Positions 1 to 9,840 are shown, counted from the first letter of the stretch. The stretch is 64,000 bases of DNA from Halobacteriovoraceae bacterium (GCA_963719505.1 CAVRCF010000001.1:864001-928000), one strand, 5' to 3'. Notes: a model not told the origin generated them from the sequence alone. Made by a program: numbers and translations.

Positions 1-130
1 ATCCCTCAAATAGCCCAAAATATCCTCAAATCCTATAGGAGTGAAGATTTTTCTTTGTCGATAAATTAAACAGTGCCCTGTGAGTCTACATCAAAAAGAG
101 TTATAAGGTGCTGAATTTATGAAGGTTGGA

Positions 131-146
131 TGGCATCAAACTTGTA
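131..146 (+). promoter_or_regulatory. Putative sigma54 (-24/-12) promoter
   Basis: TGGCATCAAACTTGTA resembles TGGCAC-N5-TTGCW, 25 nt upstream of the ATG at 172; TGT-N11-ACA motif at 56-72. Confidence 0.5.
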
Positions 147-171
147 AGTAATAACCCTAACAAAGGATATT

Positions 172-1092
172 ATGATGAAGTTTATACTGTTATTACTACC
201 ATTACTTGCGTTTTCAAAGTCAAAAAACTTTGATCTAAGGCAACTGGCCGATGATTTTAATGTCAAAGTGTCTGAAGATGGAAAGTGTCTTTATACTCGT
301 AACCAAGTTAATAATGTTCAGCTTTATAATCGTTTTAATACACCTCTTAAAGATAGAGTGACGGAACTTCAGGATCAACCTTTAGAGCCCTATTGGAATT
401 GTATCTACCTTCAAAGAAACTTCCGTCGAGACAATATTGGATTTTTTATCACCAAAGATGAACTAGAACGCTCTCTAGAAGAAAAATCTGGAAGTACAGT
501 TCAGGTTAGCGGAAAGATGAGATACGTGGGAATTGTTAACAAAAAATATAGATATGATCTAAGACATGAAAATGGTGTCACGACAGCCACCGTAAGAGTT
601 CACTTTGATATGAAAAAAATGCCAGACAATGCAAACATTCGAACAGTTCATTCTATGATCGATGAAAAAATCCAAGGCGCTGAAAATATTTGGAACTCAA
701 TGGCTCCAAGTAAATATAGATTTAATTTTTTAAGAGTTAATAAAGAACAAGACGCATTCTTTAGCGTTAAGTTGCTTGAAAAAGATACTCGAGGACCTTA
801 CGATACTCGCTGGAGTCTGCAGTGGAGTGATAAAACAATCGCTCACGAGTTTGGTCATATGCTTGGACTTGATGATGAGTATGATCAAATAACGGGCTCA
901 TTCTTGGGTGGAATTAATAGGGTTTTAATTAATCGTTCAAATGGAGAGCATCTTCATTCGTTCTCTGATCGCTATAATTTTGGTCATATTAAGGCCATGC
1001 GATGTGATATGGGATCCATGATGTGTAATCACTATCAGGGAAAATTTAATGACTGGCACTTCTACACGATCTTTAAGCGTTTCTTTCAATAA
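172..1092 (+). CDS. Secreted zinc metalloprotease (metzincin-like)
   Basis: Signal peptide; HEFGHMLGLDDEY (HExxHxxGxxD) zinc motif; downstream SMM candidate Met-turn; AAGGA RBS. Confidence 0.8.
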   Translation: MMKFILLLLPLLAFSKSKNFDLRQLADDFNVKVSEDGKCLYTRNQVNNVQLYNRFNTPLKDRVTELQDQPLEPYWNCIYLQRNFRRDNIGFFITKDELERSLEEKSGSTVQVSGKMRYVGIVNKKYRYDLRHENGVTTATVRVHFDMKKMPDNANIRTVHSMIDEKIQGAENIWNSMAPSKYRFNFLRVNKEQDAFFSVKLLEKDTRGPYDTRWSLQWSDKTIAHEFGHMLGLDDEYDQITGSFLGGINRVLINRSNGEHLHSFSDRYNFGHIKAMRCDMGSMMCNHYQGKFNDWHFYTIFKRFFQ

Positions 1093-1112
1093 CAAGTTAA
1101 ACTCTATTTGCT

Positions 1113-1144
1113 GCCCTGATCTCGATGATGAGGGCTTTTTTTTT
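1113..1144 (+). terminator. Rho-independent terminator
   Basis: GCCCTGATC...GATGAGGGC stem (one mismatch) followed by a T-run. Confidence 0.7.
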
Positions 1145-1169
1145 AAGCAAAGCCGTGTATGATAAAAAG

Positions 1170-1787
1170 ATGAAATTTCTAATCCTTATTCTTTTATTGA
1201 GTTGTAATCTTCTGGCAAAGTCAGGGCGCATTTATTCGTTGGGAGCTGGAGTGAATTCAGTATCCTCGAGTGATAGTTCAATTGAAAGCATTGGTGATGG
1301 ATCATTTGTGCGGTTATCTCACGAAGGACTTTTGGCCAAGAAACTTCTCTACGTTGTAGGGGCTGGTTATTCTCAAAATGATTTAAAAGTTAATTATGAA
1401 TATGAAGGCACAAGTTCGACAACGAGTCTTGGAGACTTTGATGCAACATCAAGTCGAATTGAAGGAAGGCTTGGCTTAAAATATAACTTTTTTCATTGGC
1501 TTTATCTTGGAGGTGGGGCCATCTTTGGTGATTTTAGACTTGAATACGACAGAGATGATTTTATAAGAGAGTCGAATGTCACAGATAATTTTATAAAGTC
1601 GGAAAACAAAAACTTCTTTGGAAGCTATGGAGAAGTCGGTTTAATGCATGTCTATAAGAATATTGGTTTCCGAGTTGGTGCAGAGATTGCGGCTGTGACA
1701 ATGTCTGATAAGCTTGAGACTTTAGGAGATTCTAAGCCAAATCTAAGCAGTCAAAAGTTTTATATTGAGATTCTTTGGAAAAACTAA
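1170..1787 (+). CDS. Outer-membrane beta-barrel protein
   Basis: Signal peptide starts at ATG 1170 (MKFLILILLL); alternating amphipathic beta-strand pattern; aromatic-rich last strand FYIEILW. Confidence 0.7.
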   Translation: MKFLILILLLSCNLLAKSGRIYSLGAGVNSVSSSDSSIESIGDGSFVRLSHEGLLAKKLLYVVGAGYSQNDLKVNYEYEGTSSTTSLGDFDATSSRIEGRLGLKYNFFHWLYLGGGAIFGDFRLEYDRDDFIRESNVTDNFIKSENKNFFGSYGEVGLMHVYKNIGFRVGAEIAAVTMSDKLETLGDSKPNLSSQKFYIEILWKN

Positions 1788-1800
1788 TAGTCTGAGCTCT

Positions 1801-2271
1801 ATGAAAACTCGCACTCTCGTTATTATTCTTGTTCTTTGCACGACATTGTTTACCTACCTAACGGTGCAAAAAATGAAAGCTAATGCCCATAGGGCCTATA
1901 AAGTCCTTCTTTGGGAGAAGTACGATCTGTGTTTTCTCGTTGCTCCAAAATTTATCATTAAAAAAACAGAGAATGGTTTTGATTATGAGTCGCCTGAAAT
2001 TGTTAAAAGAGATAAAACAAAAAAGAATGTCGGCTCATTTACCATTCATGAAAGAGCGCTAGATCCTAAAAAGAAAAAGTCCTATTTTGGAGATTTTGAG
2101 GGAGCATATTCTAAAGAGATTGATCTCAGAATTTTTGAGTACAAAATAACTCCCGACATCGTTTTGATGGATACATTTGATTTTGCGACTAAAGAATACC
2201 CCAATCTTCTTCCGGTTAAAGCTAATTGTTCTAAGTACTTAGAGCGATTTCCTGTCTTAGATAAACTGTAA
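1801..2271 (+). CDS. Hypothetical protein with N-terminal membrane anchor
   Basis: ATG 1801 (MKTRTLVIILVLC) 13 nt after the previous stop; hydrophobic N-terminus. Confidence 0.65.
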   Translation: MKTRTLVIILVLCTTLFTYLTVQKMKANAHRAYKVLLWEKYDLCFLVAPKFIIKKTENGFDYESPEIVKRDKTKKNVGSFTIHERALDPKKKKSYFGDFEGAYSKEIDLRIFEYKITPDIVLMDTFDFATKEYPNLLPVKANCSKYLERFPVLDKL

Positions 2272-2336
2272 ACTTTACATTTTAAATCGAGTCTTGCTTG
2301 CACTGTGTTATATCTTCCTTACTTTAAGGAGATTTT

Positions 2337-2705
2337 ATGCGTGCACTTATACTGATAGTTTTGGGATTCACGATTTCTGCAGGCGCTTTTGCGCAGGAAG
2401 AGAAACAAATACCTATATGCTCTCTTTTCTATGCAAAGTCGGTAAAGGCAAAACTTCTTCCAAACACTCTTGATAAATATAAACACTGCGCAGTCTCATG
2501 CATGTTGGCAAGAAGATGCGGAGGCCTTGATTCTCTCAATATTGGGATCCTTAAAGAAGTGTGGGATCTGTTTACTCCTGGAAACGCCGAGATGGATGAT
2601 ATCAAAGCAGACCTTATCGGTATTAGATTTTACACAACGAAGATGGCGACAACAGATAGAGAATGTAACAACAGATGTAATGAATATGACTGGAATAATC
2701 TTTAA
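2337..2705 (+). CDS. Small secreted Cys-rich protein, serum amyloid A-like motif
   Basis: AAGGAG RBS; signal peptide ending AFA; DKYKH...ARR...KE...F...AE..D..A...G pattern. Confidence 0.7.
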   Translation: MRALILIVLGFTISAGAFAQEEKQIPICSLFYAKSVKAKLLPNTLDKYKHCAVSCMLARRCGGLDSLNIGILKEVWDLFTPGNAEMDDIKADLIGIRFYTTKMATTDRECNNRCNEYDWNNL

Positions 2706-2723
2706 CCCCTTTTGGAGGATACG

Positions 2724-3401
2724 ATGAAAAAATTATTAACGATTGCCCTGACGGCTTTGTCAGTAGGCGCTTTTGCAAACACAGTTTACCTGGATAACGC
2801 TTCAGTAGATCTTGGATCTAATCAAGCGACTTTAGAGAAAACAAGCCAAACTCCAACAAGTGTCAATCTTGTTGTTACTGTACCGACTCAGATTGAAAGA
2901 TGTGAACCAGCTGATATGAGAGTTGAAAACAGAGTCATCACAAGTGGAGCTCGTTGTGGATACGACACGATCAGAACTTATTGTGGTGGTGGATTTGGAG
3001 GGATTGGTCATCCTGGTATTGGTTATAACCCACCAAGAGTTGGCGTAAGAATTGGTGGCGGTCGTGGTCGCGGTCGTGGTGGAAGAGTTGTTATTCCAGC
3101 TGGAAGAAGATACAACCCGATCAGAAATAATTCATGCTTAAGAACCGTTGCAAGAACGTGTACTGTTAGTGAAAGATATTGTGTCAATCCTCAGTATGTA
3201 ACTGTTGATAAAGTAAAAAACTTTACTCTTCAGTTTGATAAATTTAATAAGGATGCGTCGATTGCATTCTCTTTAGACCAAAATAACAAACTTGAACTCG
3301 ATGTCCTAAACATGGAAGCGAGCTGTATTAAGAAAACAGTTTATGGAAATGATGGTGTGACTACTGGAGCGAAGTTAAAGTTAAGAAGAAGATGTAGATA
3401 A
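2724..3401 (+). CDS. Secreted Cys-rich protein with Gly/Arg-rich insertion
   Basis: GGAGG RBS; signal peptide ending AFA; 8 Cys; GGGRGRGRGGR tract. Confidence 0.75.
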   Translation: MKKLLTIALTALSVGAFANTVYLDNASVDLGSNQATLEKTSQTPTSVNLVVTVPTQIERCEPADMRVENRVITSGARCGYDTIRTYCGGGFGGIGHPGIGYNPPRVGVRIGGGRGRGRGGRVVIPAGRRYNPIRNNSCLRTVARTCTVSERYCVNPQYVTVDKVKNFTLQFDKFNKDASIAFSLDQNNKLELDVLNMEASCIKKTVYGNDGVTTGAKLKLRRRCR

Positions 3402-3416
3402 TTATAAAGTAAATCA

Positions 3417-3445
3417 AGGCCAGGAGAAATCCTGGCTTTTTTTTT
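3417..3445 (+). terminator. Rho-independent terminator
   Basis: GCCAGGA-GAAA-TCCTGGC hairpin followed by a T-run. Confidence 0.85.
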
Positions 3446-3484
3446 GCTCGCTTTTGTGGCATTCTGTTGGCTATTGGAGTTGAC

Positions 3485-4486
3485 ATGAAAACAGTACTTA
3501 CAGGAATTAAACCCACGGGGATGGCCCATCTTGGAAATATGCTCGGAGCAATAAAGCCGGCTATTCAGATGTCCAACTCCGCTGAAAATTTGCAATCAAT
3601 CTTTTTCATTGCCGACTACCACGCTCTTACCTCAGTGAGAGATCCAAAAAAATTCAAACAAGATGTTTATGGAATAGCGGCGACATGGATTGCCTTGGGT
3701 TTAGATACGGATAAGGCCATCTTTTACAAACAGTCAGATGTGCCTGAGATTTTTGAGCTTCAATGGATCTTAAGCTGCATGACTCCTAAAGGAGACATGA
3801 ACAGGGCCCACTCTTATAAAGATAGAGTTCAAAAAAATATTGAAGAGAAAAGAGATCAAGATCACGGCGTGAATATGGGGCTTTTCTCTTATCCAATTCT
3901 AATGGCCGCAGATATTTTAATGTATGATACAGATCTCGTTCCGGTTGGGAAGGATCAGATTCAGCATATTGAAATCGCTCGCTCAATAGCCGGTCGAATA
4001 AATGAGTACTACGGGGATGGAACCTTGAAAGAGCCAAAAGAATTGATCCAGGACTCATCAGCTTCCTATGTTGTGGGTCTTGATGGTAGAAAAATGAGTA
4101 AGTCCTACGATAATACGATTGGTATTTGGGAATCCGAAAAAAGATTAAAAAAGTTGATCAATAAAATTAAAACAGACTCCTCTGATCCCGATGCTCCAAA
4201 AGATCCAGATAATTCAGCCATTATGGATTTGTTTAAACTTTTTGCCTCTCCAGAGGATATCGAAAAAGAGCAGCAGCAGTACCGAGAAGGTATTGGCTGG
4301 GGATATGCAAAAATGCATCTTTTTGACCAAGTAAATGCTTACCTTAAAGAACCAAGGCTTCGTTATGAAGAACTTATGCAAAACACTCAAGTTCTTGATG
4401 AGGTTTTAGATAAAGGTGCCCAAAGGGCGCGAGCGATTGCCAAGCAGACTCTAGCAAGAGTGCGAAAAAAGATGACTGATTTCTAA
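3485..4486 (+). CDS. trpS: Tryptophan--tRNA ligase
   Basis: LTGIKPTG, HLGN (HIGH), YPILMAADIL, VPVGKDQ and KMSKS motifs; GGAG RBS before ATG 3485. Confidence 0.97.
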   Translation: MKTVLTGIKPTGMAHLGNMLGAIKPAIQMSNSAENLQSIFFIADYHALTSVRDPKKFKQDVYGIAATWIALGLDTDKAIFYKQSDVPEIFELQWILSCMTPKGDMNRAHSYKDRVQKNIEEKRDQDHGVNMGLFSYPILMAADILMYDTDLVPVGKDQIQHIEIARSIAGRINEYYGDGTLKEPKELIQDSSASYVVGLDGRKMSKSYDNTIGIWESEKRLKKLINKIKTDSSDPDAPKDPDNSAIMDLFKLFASPEDIEKEQQQYREGIGWGYAKMHLFDQVNAYLKEPRLRYEELMQNTQVLDEVLDKGAQRARAIAKQTLARVRKKMTDF

Positions 4487-4511
4487 ACATAAAGTCATAG
4501 AAAACCGATAC
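4484..4511 (+). promoter_or_regulatory. Putative sigma28 (FliA-type) promoter, leaderless start
   Basis: TAAA-N16-ACCGATAC, then 6 nt to GTG 4518; no SD. Confidence 0.45.
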
Positions 4512-4517
4512 TTAAGT

Positions 4518-5970
4518 GTGAGATACCTTTTAAGTTTAATATTCATTTTGGCCAGCTCCTGTACTTCTGTATCTCGGCAAATAGCCTCAGATTTCGATAT
4601 TCCTTTATTTATTTATCATAAGGAATGCCCAAGTACTTTTGACTTATCATCTCAGTGCTTAGTTCTCAGCACAAACGTTGAACTGTCCAAAAGAAGTGAG
4701 TACCTAGGCTCCTTTGATTTTCCCCTTCCTAAAATAGAATCCCCTTACTATGAGCAAATTCCTTATTTTATAAAATTAGCCTCAAACAAGGTTGACTGTG
4801 AATACTCTGACTCTGTTACTAAAGTTAAAGAGGGATACTTTAAGATAAAATCAAATGTCGAAAAAGAATTTTTAAGATGCAGGTCAAAGAGTTCAGATGC
4901 AGAAATTGGCTTCAGTTATATTCTTCCGGTGATGTCACCTTTTCCTGTCAGAGAGGCTGAATGGATGAGGGGCTTTTTTCCCGATGTCGTCTCACAGACA
5001 GAGTTAAAACTCTCACAGATATATAACAAGTGGTTTGAAGCAAAGATGAGGCTTGGCTCAGACTTTACTGTATCAGATGGAATAACCTACAGAGGGCGGG
5101 AGCTTCTGGTTAAGTATTTTAATGATACTTCATATCAAGTCATTAGCCCGAGAAAGTTTGGTTATCAATTTGAAAAAACTCTGAATGAGGGGGATCTTTT
5201 AATCATCAAAGATGTGGATGGATATGTCTTTCATTCAAGACTTGGAAGTACAGATCATGGTGGCTTTTCCACAGAGACTTTTGTTGAAGAGGGAAGAGCT
5301 GGAAGAAGGTACTTGGAAACAACAAGGATAAAACCTTTTGAATTTTTCTGTCAGCACAATAGTAAGGTTTATGACTTTAGGTTGAAAAGTGATCTCCTCT
5401 TTGATTCACCCGGAACAGTAAAATGTGGGATCAATGCCAAGAAGAGTTTCTTTATCCCTTTAGTTAAGCCTAAAGGACAGACGGAGTTTTATGTCCAACA
5501 TATGAATGTTGAAAAAAGTATTGAGCTTATTCCCAGTCATATTGAAAATGCAAAAACCAAAATTAAAAATAAGATAAAAAAAATGAATGAAGAGAATCAG
5601 TATCATTTTAGAGCGTGGATCTATAGGGCCATTGCTAAAAAGGAAAAAGAAATTGAGTTTGAGCTTGAAGTTGATTCACTTTTTGCACCGTCTATTCGCG
5701 TGGGAGATAAAGAACTTCCTCGTCAAAAACTTGAGGTCTGTGGAATGCTTAAGAAAAGCTCCCGTTTCTGGAGAGGTCAATGCTTTGGTTGAAATAACAC
5801 AGGCTAAGGCCCATTATGGGACGCATGTGAGGGACATTTCTGTGCCGACCTCCCAAGTTTTGAGAAGTCAGATCATTTACACTGAAAGTTCTAAGCGATG
5901 CTTTCCAATTGACGCAGAGTCTCTGATAAAAGAGAGATATTTGCGTTCAGTTCTTTTTTACGAACCTTAA
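4518..5970 (+). CDS. Hypothetical lipoprotein (probably extends to 5970 across a frameshift near 5755)
   Basis: Lipobox LASSC; ORF ends 5792, but the overlapping +1 frame continues as protein-like sequence to 5970, 32 nt before tyrS. Confidence 0.6.
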
Positions 5971-6002
5971 ATTCTCTTGTATTCTGGGTAAAAGGATTAA
6001 CC

Positions 6003-7223
6003 ATGAAAAAAATAACTATTTCACCTGAAGTGCAGTTAGCGGAACTCAAAAGAGGGGCAGCTGAAATCGTTCCTGAAGACGAGTTGTTACAGAAGTTAAA
6101 AAAGTCATACGACTCAGACACTCCACTTGTCATTAAATTTGGAGCCGATCCCTCAAGACCCGATATTCACCTGGGCCACAGTGTCGTTATTCAAAAACTA
6201 AGACTACTTCAAGACTTTGGACACGATATTCATTTTCTTATTGGTGACTTCACTGCAAGAATTGGAGACCCAACTGGTAAAAGTAAAACACGTCCCATTT
6301 TGACAGATAAAGAAGTCATGGAAAATGCAAAGACGTATGCCCAGCAGATTGGAAAAATCCTAGATATGGAAAAAACGAAAATCGTTTTTAACAACGACTG
6401 GTTAAGTAAGCTGACTCCAATTGATATGATAAGTCTGATGGCCAAAGTGACCGTTAGCTCCATGCTTGAGCGCGATGACTTTAGCAAAAGATATAAAAAC
6501 CAAGAAGCCATTTATATGCACGAATTTGCATACCCAATTATGCAAGGCTATGACTCAGTAGAGATCAAGTCTGATTTAGAACTTGGAGGGACGGATCAAA
6601 CCTTTAACCTCATGGTAGGAAGGCACCTTCAAAAAGCTCACGATCAATCACCTCAGTGTATTTTAACAATGCCGATTCTCGAGGGAACTGATGGTGTTAA
6701 TAAAATGAGTAAGTCGCTAGATAACTATATCTCCCTTGAAGATACTCCAACGGATATGTTTGGTAAGATGATGTCCATCTCTGATGAACTGATGATTAGA
6801 TACTATAACCTTCTTTCTAGACGAAAAGCTTCTGAAGTTGAAGCCATCATTACCGGGCTTAAGGATGGCTCTAGACATCCGATGATTTCAAAAAAAGAGC
6901 TCGCAGTGGAAATCGTTAATTACTACCATCCTGAGGGAGCCGGGGAAGAAGAGAGAAAGAAATTTGAAGAGCGCTTTTCAAAAAATAAAATTCCAGATGA
7001 TATCGAGACGAAAGAGGTTTCTTCTGGTGTACTCGATCTTCTCACTTTTATGACGGAGCTTGAGTGGATTAAATCAAACGGAGAAGGGCGAAGACTCTTT
7101 AAACAAAATGCGATCAAGATAAATTTTAAAGCTCATAAAGAGATTGAACTTAATATTGAATCGGGTGAAGAGTATATTTTAAAAGCTGGAAAGCTTCGCC
7201 TCGTAAAAATTGTAGGTCAGTAG
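6003..7223 (+). CDS. tyrS: Tyrosine--tRNA ligase
   Basis: GADPSRPDIHLGH, IGDPTGK, GGTDQ and KMSKS motifs; C-terminal S4-like domain. Confidence 0.97.
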   Translation: MKKITISPEVQLAELKRGAAEIVPEDELLQKLKKSYDSDTPLVIKFGADPSRPDIHLGHSVVIQKLRLLQDFGHDIHFLIGDFTARIGDPTGKSKTRPILTDKEVMENAKTYAQQIGKILDMEKTKIVFNNDWLSKLTPIDMISLMAKVTVSSMLERDDFSKRYKNQEAIYMHEFAYPIMQGYDSVEIKSDLELGGTDQTFNLMVGRHLQKAHDQSPQCILTMPILEGTDGVNKMSKSLDNYISLEDTPTDMFGKMMSISDELMIRYYNLLSRRKASEVEAIITGLKDGSRHPMISKKELAVEIVNYYHPEGAGEEERKKFEERFSKNKIPDDIETKEVSSGVLDLLTFMTELEWIKSNGEGRRLFKQNAIKINFKAHKEIELNIESGEEYILKAGKLRLVKIVGQ

Positions 7224-8209
7224 TGATCTTCGTTTATGGTTTTTTGGCCGGATCAGCACTAACATTTATCATAGGCTTTATTGTTTTTAAAACTTTAAAG
7301 CTTGGGCTGCACAATTCGACTAAGAGCACGTTAAACGAGACACTCAATCCTTTTAAAGAAGAAATTTTAGATTATAAAAAATCTCTTGATATGAATCGTG
7401 AAAAAAATATTGAAAACACGGCCACTCTTCGAGCAGAGATCAATAGCATGATGTTGATGTCTAAAAAGATGGAAAAAGAGACAAGTGATTTAACCAATGC
7501 CCTTAAAGGAGATGTAAAGTCTCAAGGAAATTGGGGAGAACTTATCTTAGAGAGAAGTATTGAGATCTCTGGTCTCACCCTTGGAAGAGAATACTCTTTG
7601 CAAGGCAAGGGGATGAGTCTTAAGTCTGATGAGGGAGATCTATATAAGCCAGATGCCATCATTCATCTTCCGGATAATTTTCATATCATTATAGATTCAA
7701 AGGTGAGTTTAAAATCTCTCTATCAAGAGGATTATAAAGAGCTAAAAAAATCACTGACAAAACACATCGATCAGTTGAGTTTGAAAGCTTATCAGAAACT
7801 TCCCGATTTAAATTCACCAGATTATGTCATTATGTTTATTCCACTTGAATCGATCATGCCTATTTTATTTACAGAATTTCCCGATATCCTAGACTATGCA
7901 GCAAGAAAAAATATTACACTGGCCACTCCAATCACTCTAATGCCTATTTTAAAAACGGTCAGCTCTTTATGGAGAGTGGATAATCAAAATAAAAATGGAG
8001 TAGAGATAGCGAAAAAAGCTGGGCAGCTCTACGATAAATTTGTCTCGTTATATGAGGGGCTCGTTGAGACTAGTTCAGCGATTGATAAGCTTCAAAAGTC
8101 TCATCAAGAATCGTTAAAACGTCTCAATGATGGACGTGGTAATTTAATAGGAAAAGTAGAGGAACTCAAAGAGATGGGGGCCAAATCTTCGAAGTCTCTT
8201 AATAACTAG
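7223..8209 (+). CDS. rmuC: DNA recombination protein RmuC
   Basis: N-terminal TM + coiled coil; QGNWGE, PDAIIHLP, IIDSKV and MFIP motifs. Confidence 0.92.
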   Translation: MIFVYGFLAGSALTFIIGFIVFKTLKLGLHNSTKSTLNETLNPFKEEILDYKKSLDMNREKNIENTATLRAEINSMMLMSKKMEKETSDLTNALKGDVKSQGNWGELILERSIEISGLTLGREYSLQGKGMSLKSDEGDLYKPDAIIHLPDNFHIIIDSKVSLKSLYQEDYKELKKSLTKHIDQLSLKAYQKLPDLNSPDYVIMFIPLESIMPILFTEFPDILDYAARKNITLATPITLMPILKTVSSLWRVDNQNKNGVEIAKKAGQLYDKFVSLYEGLVETSSAIDKLQKSHQESLKRLNDGRGNLIGKVEELKEMGAKSSKSLNN

Positions 8210-8867
8210 AACTAGACTTTAATCCTTTGCAAATCTCAACTCCACTACTGGCACCAATTCTCGTGGCACCAGCTTCAATCATCGCTTGGGCAGAAGCTAA
8301 GTCACGAACACCACCAGAGGCCTTAACCATTATTCCAGGACCCACTGTTTGCTTCATCAGCCTTATGTCTTCCACGTTTGCTCCGCCTCCTGAAAAACCA
8401 GTAGAGGTTTTAACAAAATCGACCTTAGCTTTTTTGGCGAGTTCACAAACCTTAACGATTTGATCATCAGTTAAAAGAAAAGTCTCAATAATCACTTTGA
8501 GAGTCTTTTGTGTTTTATGGCAGAGTTCACTCAAAGCATTGATGTCTTCAAAAACATAGTCATAATCCTGATCTTTAAGAGCTCCAATATTAATAACCAT
8601 ATCGATCTCATCGGCTCCTGCGACTAAAGCGTCACTGGCTTCTTTAAGTTTCGTTGCCGTGGGACTCGCCCCTAAAGGAAAGCCGACCACTGTACAAACA
8701 AGAGGACTTTCATCTTTTAATAATTTCACTGCAAGAGGCACGTAATAGGCATTTATACAGACAGCTTTGAAATTATACTTAATCGCTTCGTGACAAATTT
8801 TCTCAATATCAGCGGCGACGGCGTCTGGTTTTAGGATGGTGTGGTCTATATATTGGTTCATTTCCAT
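8199..8867 (-). CDS. deoC: Deoxyribose-phosphate aldolase
   Basis: IDHTILKP, VGFPLG, EIDMVIN, FVKTSTGF, KASGGVR and RIGASS motifs. Confidence 0.97.
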   Translation of the reverse strand: MEMNQYIDHTILKPDAVAADIEKICHEAIKYNFKAVCINAYYVPLAVKLLKDESPLVCTVVGFPLGASPTATKLKEASDALVAGADEIDMVINIGALKDQDYDYVFEDINALSELCHKTQKTLKVIIETFLLTDDQIVKVCELAKKAKVDFVKTSTGFSGGGANVEDIRLMKQTVGPGIMVKASGGVRDLASAQAMIEAGATRIGASSGVEICKGLKSSSSY

Positions 8868-8987
8868 AGGGATTTCCTTTTTTGGTTATCGTAATTCTTT
8901 TGTAAAAAATTGTACATCGATTTACACAGTGTCAAAAGTTTAAACAGTTTGGGCTCTTTAACTATCTATTATTTAGTCATGTGGTGT

Positions 8988-9003
8988 TGGCACAGGTCTT
9001 GAA
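8988..9003 (+). promoter_or_regulatory. Putative sigma54 promoter
   Basis: TGGCACAGGTCTTGAA; several TGT-N10/11-ACA motifs at 8901-8946. Confidence 0.55.
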
Positions 9004-9048
9004 AGGTAAAAGGTACTAATTTTTAATTTTAAAGAGAGAGAGGTCTTT

Positions 9049-9779
9049 ATGAAAATTTTAAAATCAATGCCAGTCTTAATGTTGGCAGCATTTATGGCCA
9101 CATCATGTGGTAGTGACAATAGCTCTGGAGGGAAGTCTTCAAGCTCATCTGGAAACGTTTCAATTGACGGAGTCGTCAACGGCGGCGGTACAGTTTTTGG
9201 AAGTATCGAAGAAGTAAAAAATAGATTGTAACTCAATCGCCTTCAGCAGTGGAATTAGCCAAAATTCTGAGATTCTACACGCAGGTTCGAGATATTCTTC
9301 AAACTCAGGTGGGGGAAGCACGACTATCTTAGGTTTCCTTGAAGTAAACTGGAACACAAGTTCTGGAACTTCGTATGAGAGCTCTAAGAGTAAATTCAGC
9401 GACACAAAACTCTGCCAATGTAACTCAGGCAACTGGCTCAAATTACTACGGCTTTACTTACGACGGTGGGGTAGCAACTGAATTAAATAGAAGTTCTAAA
9501 GATTACCGTGAGATGTTAACTATTGATAATACTTGTGCACACGTCGAAGTGAGTGAGATCACAATCTCAACTCAAATTTTTGATGGAGCAAGCCAAGGAC
9601 AGCAAAGTTCAGTTAGAGGAAATCAAATAGCTTGTTACGCTGGTAATGGGCAAATGAAAAGATATAGTATTGTATCAGATGCATTCCCAGTAGCGGCAAA
9701 TCCAATCTTTATCCAAGATCAACAGGGCATTGGGTATCTGGTAAAAGTTGGAAATACCTATGTTACTGGAGCACAATAA
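9049..9779 (+). CDS. Ser/Gly-rich lipoprotein broken by two frameshifts (about 9228 and 9376)
   Basis: GAGG RBS, lipobox ATSC; open middle frame 9230-9375 (NSIAFSSGISQNSEILHAG...) links the 60-aa and 134-aa ORFs. Confidence 0.7.
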
Positions 9780-9806
9780 ATAGTAAACAAATAGAGTCAA
9801 CCAAAT

Positions 9807-9840
9807 AAGGGTCAGATTGATGTCTGGCCCTTTCTTATTT
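9807..9840 (+). terminator. Rho-independent terminator
   Basis: AAGGGTCAGA...TCTGGCCCTT stem then T-rich tail. Confidence 0.7.

Noticed and set aside
3060..3080. GGTCGT-like tandem repeat as a contingency locus
   Set aside because: In-frame and imperfect; simply encodes GRGRGRG
5793..6002. T-box or other RNA leader before tyrS
   Set aside because: No T-box consensus or terminator; better explained as the frameshifted tail of the upstream gene
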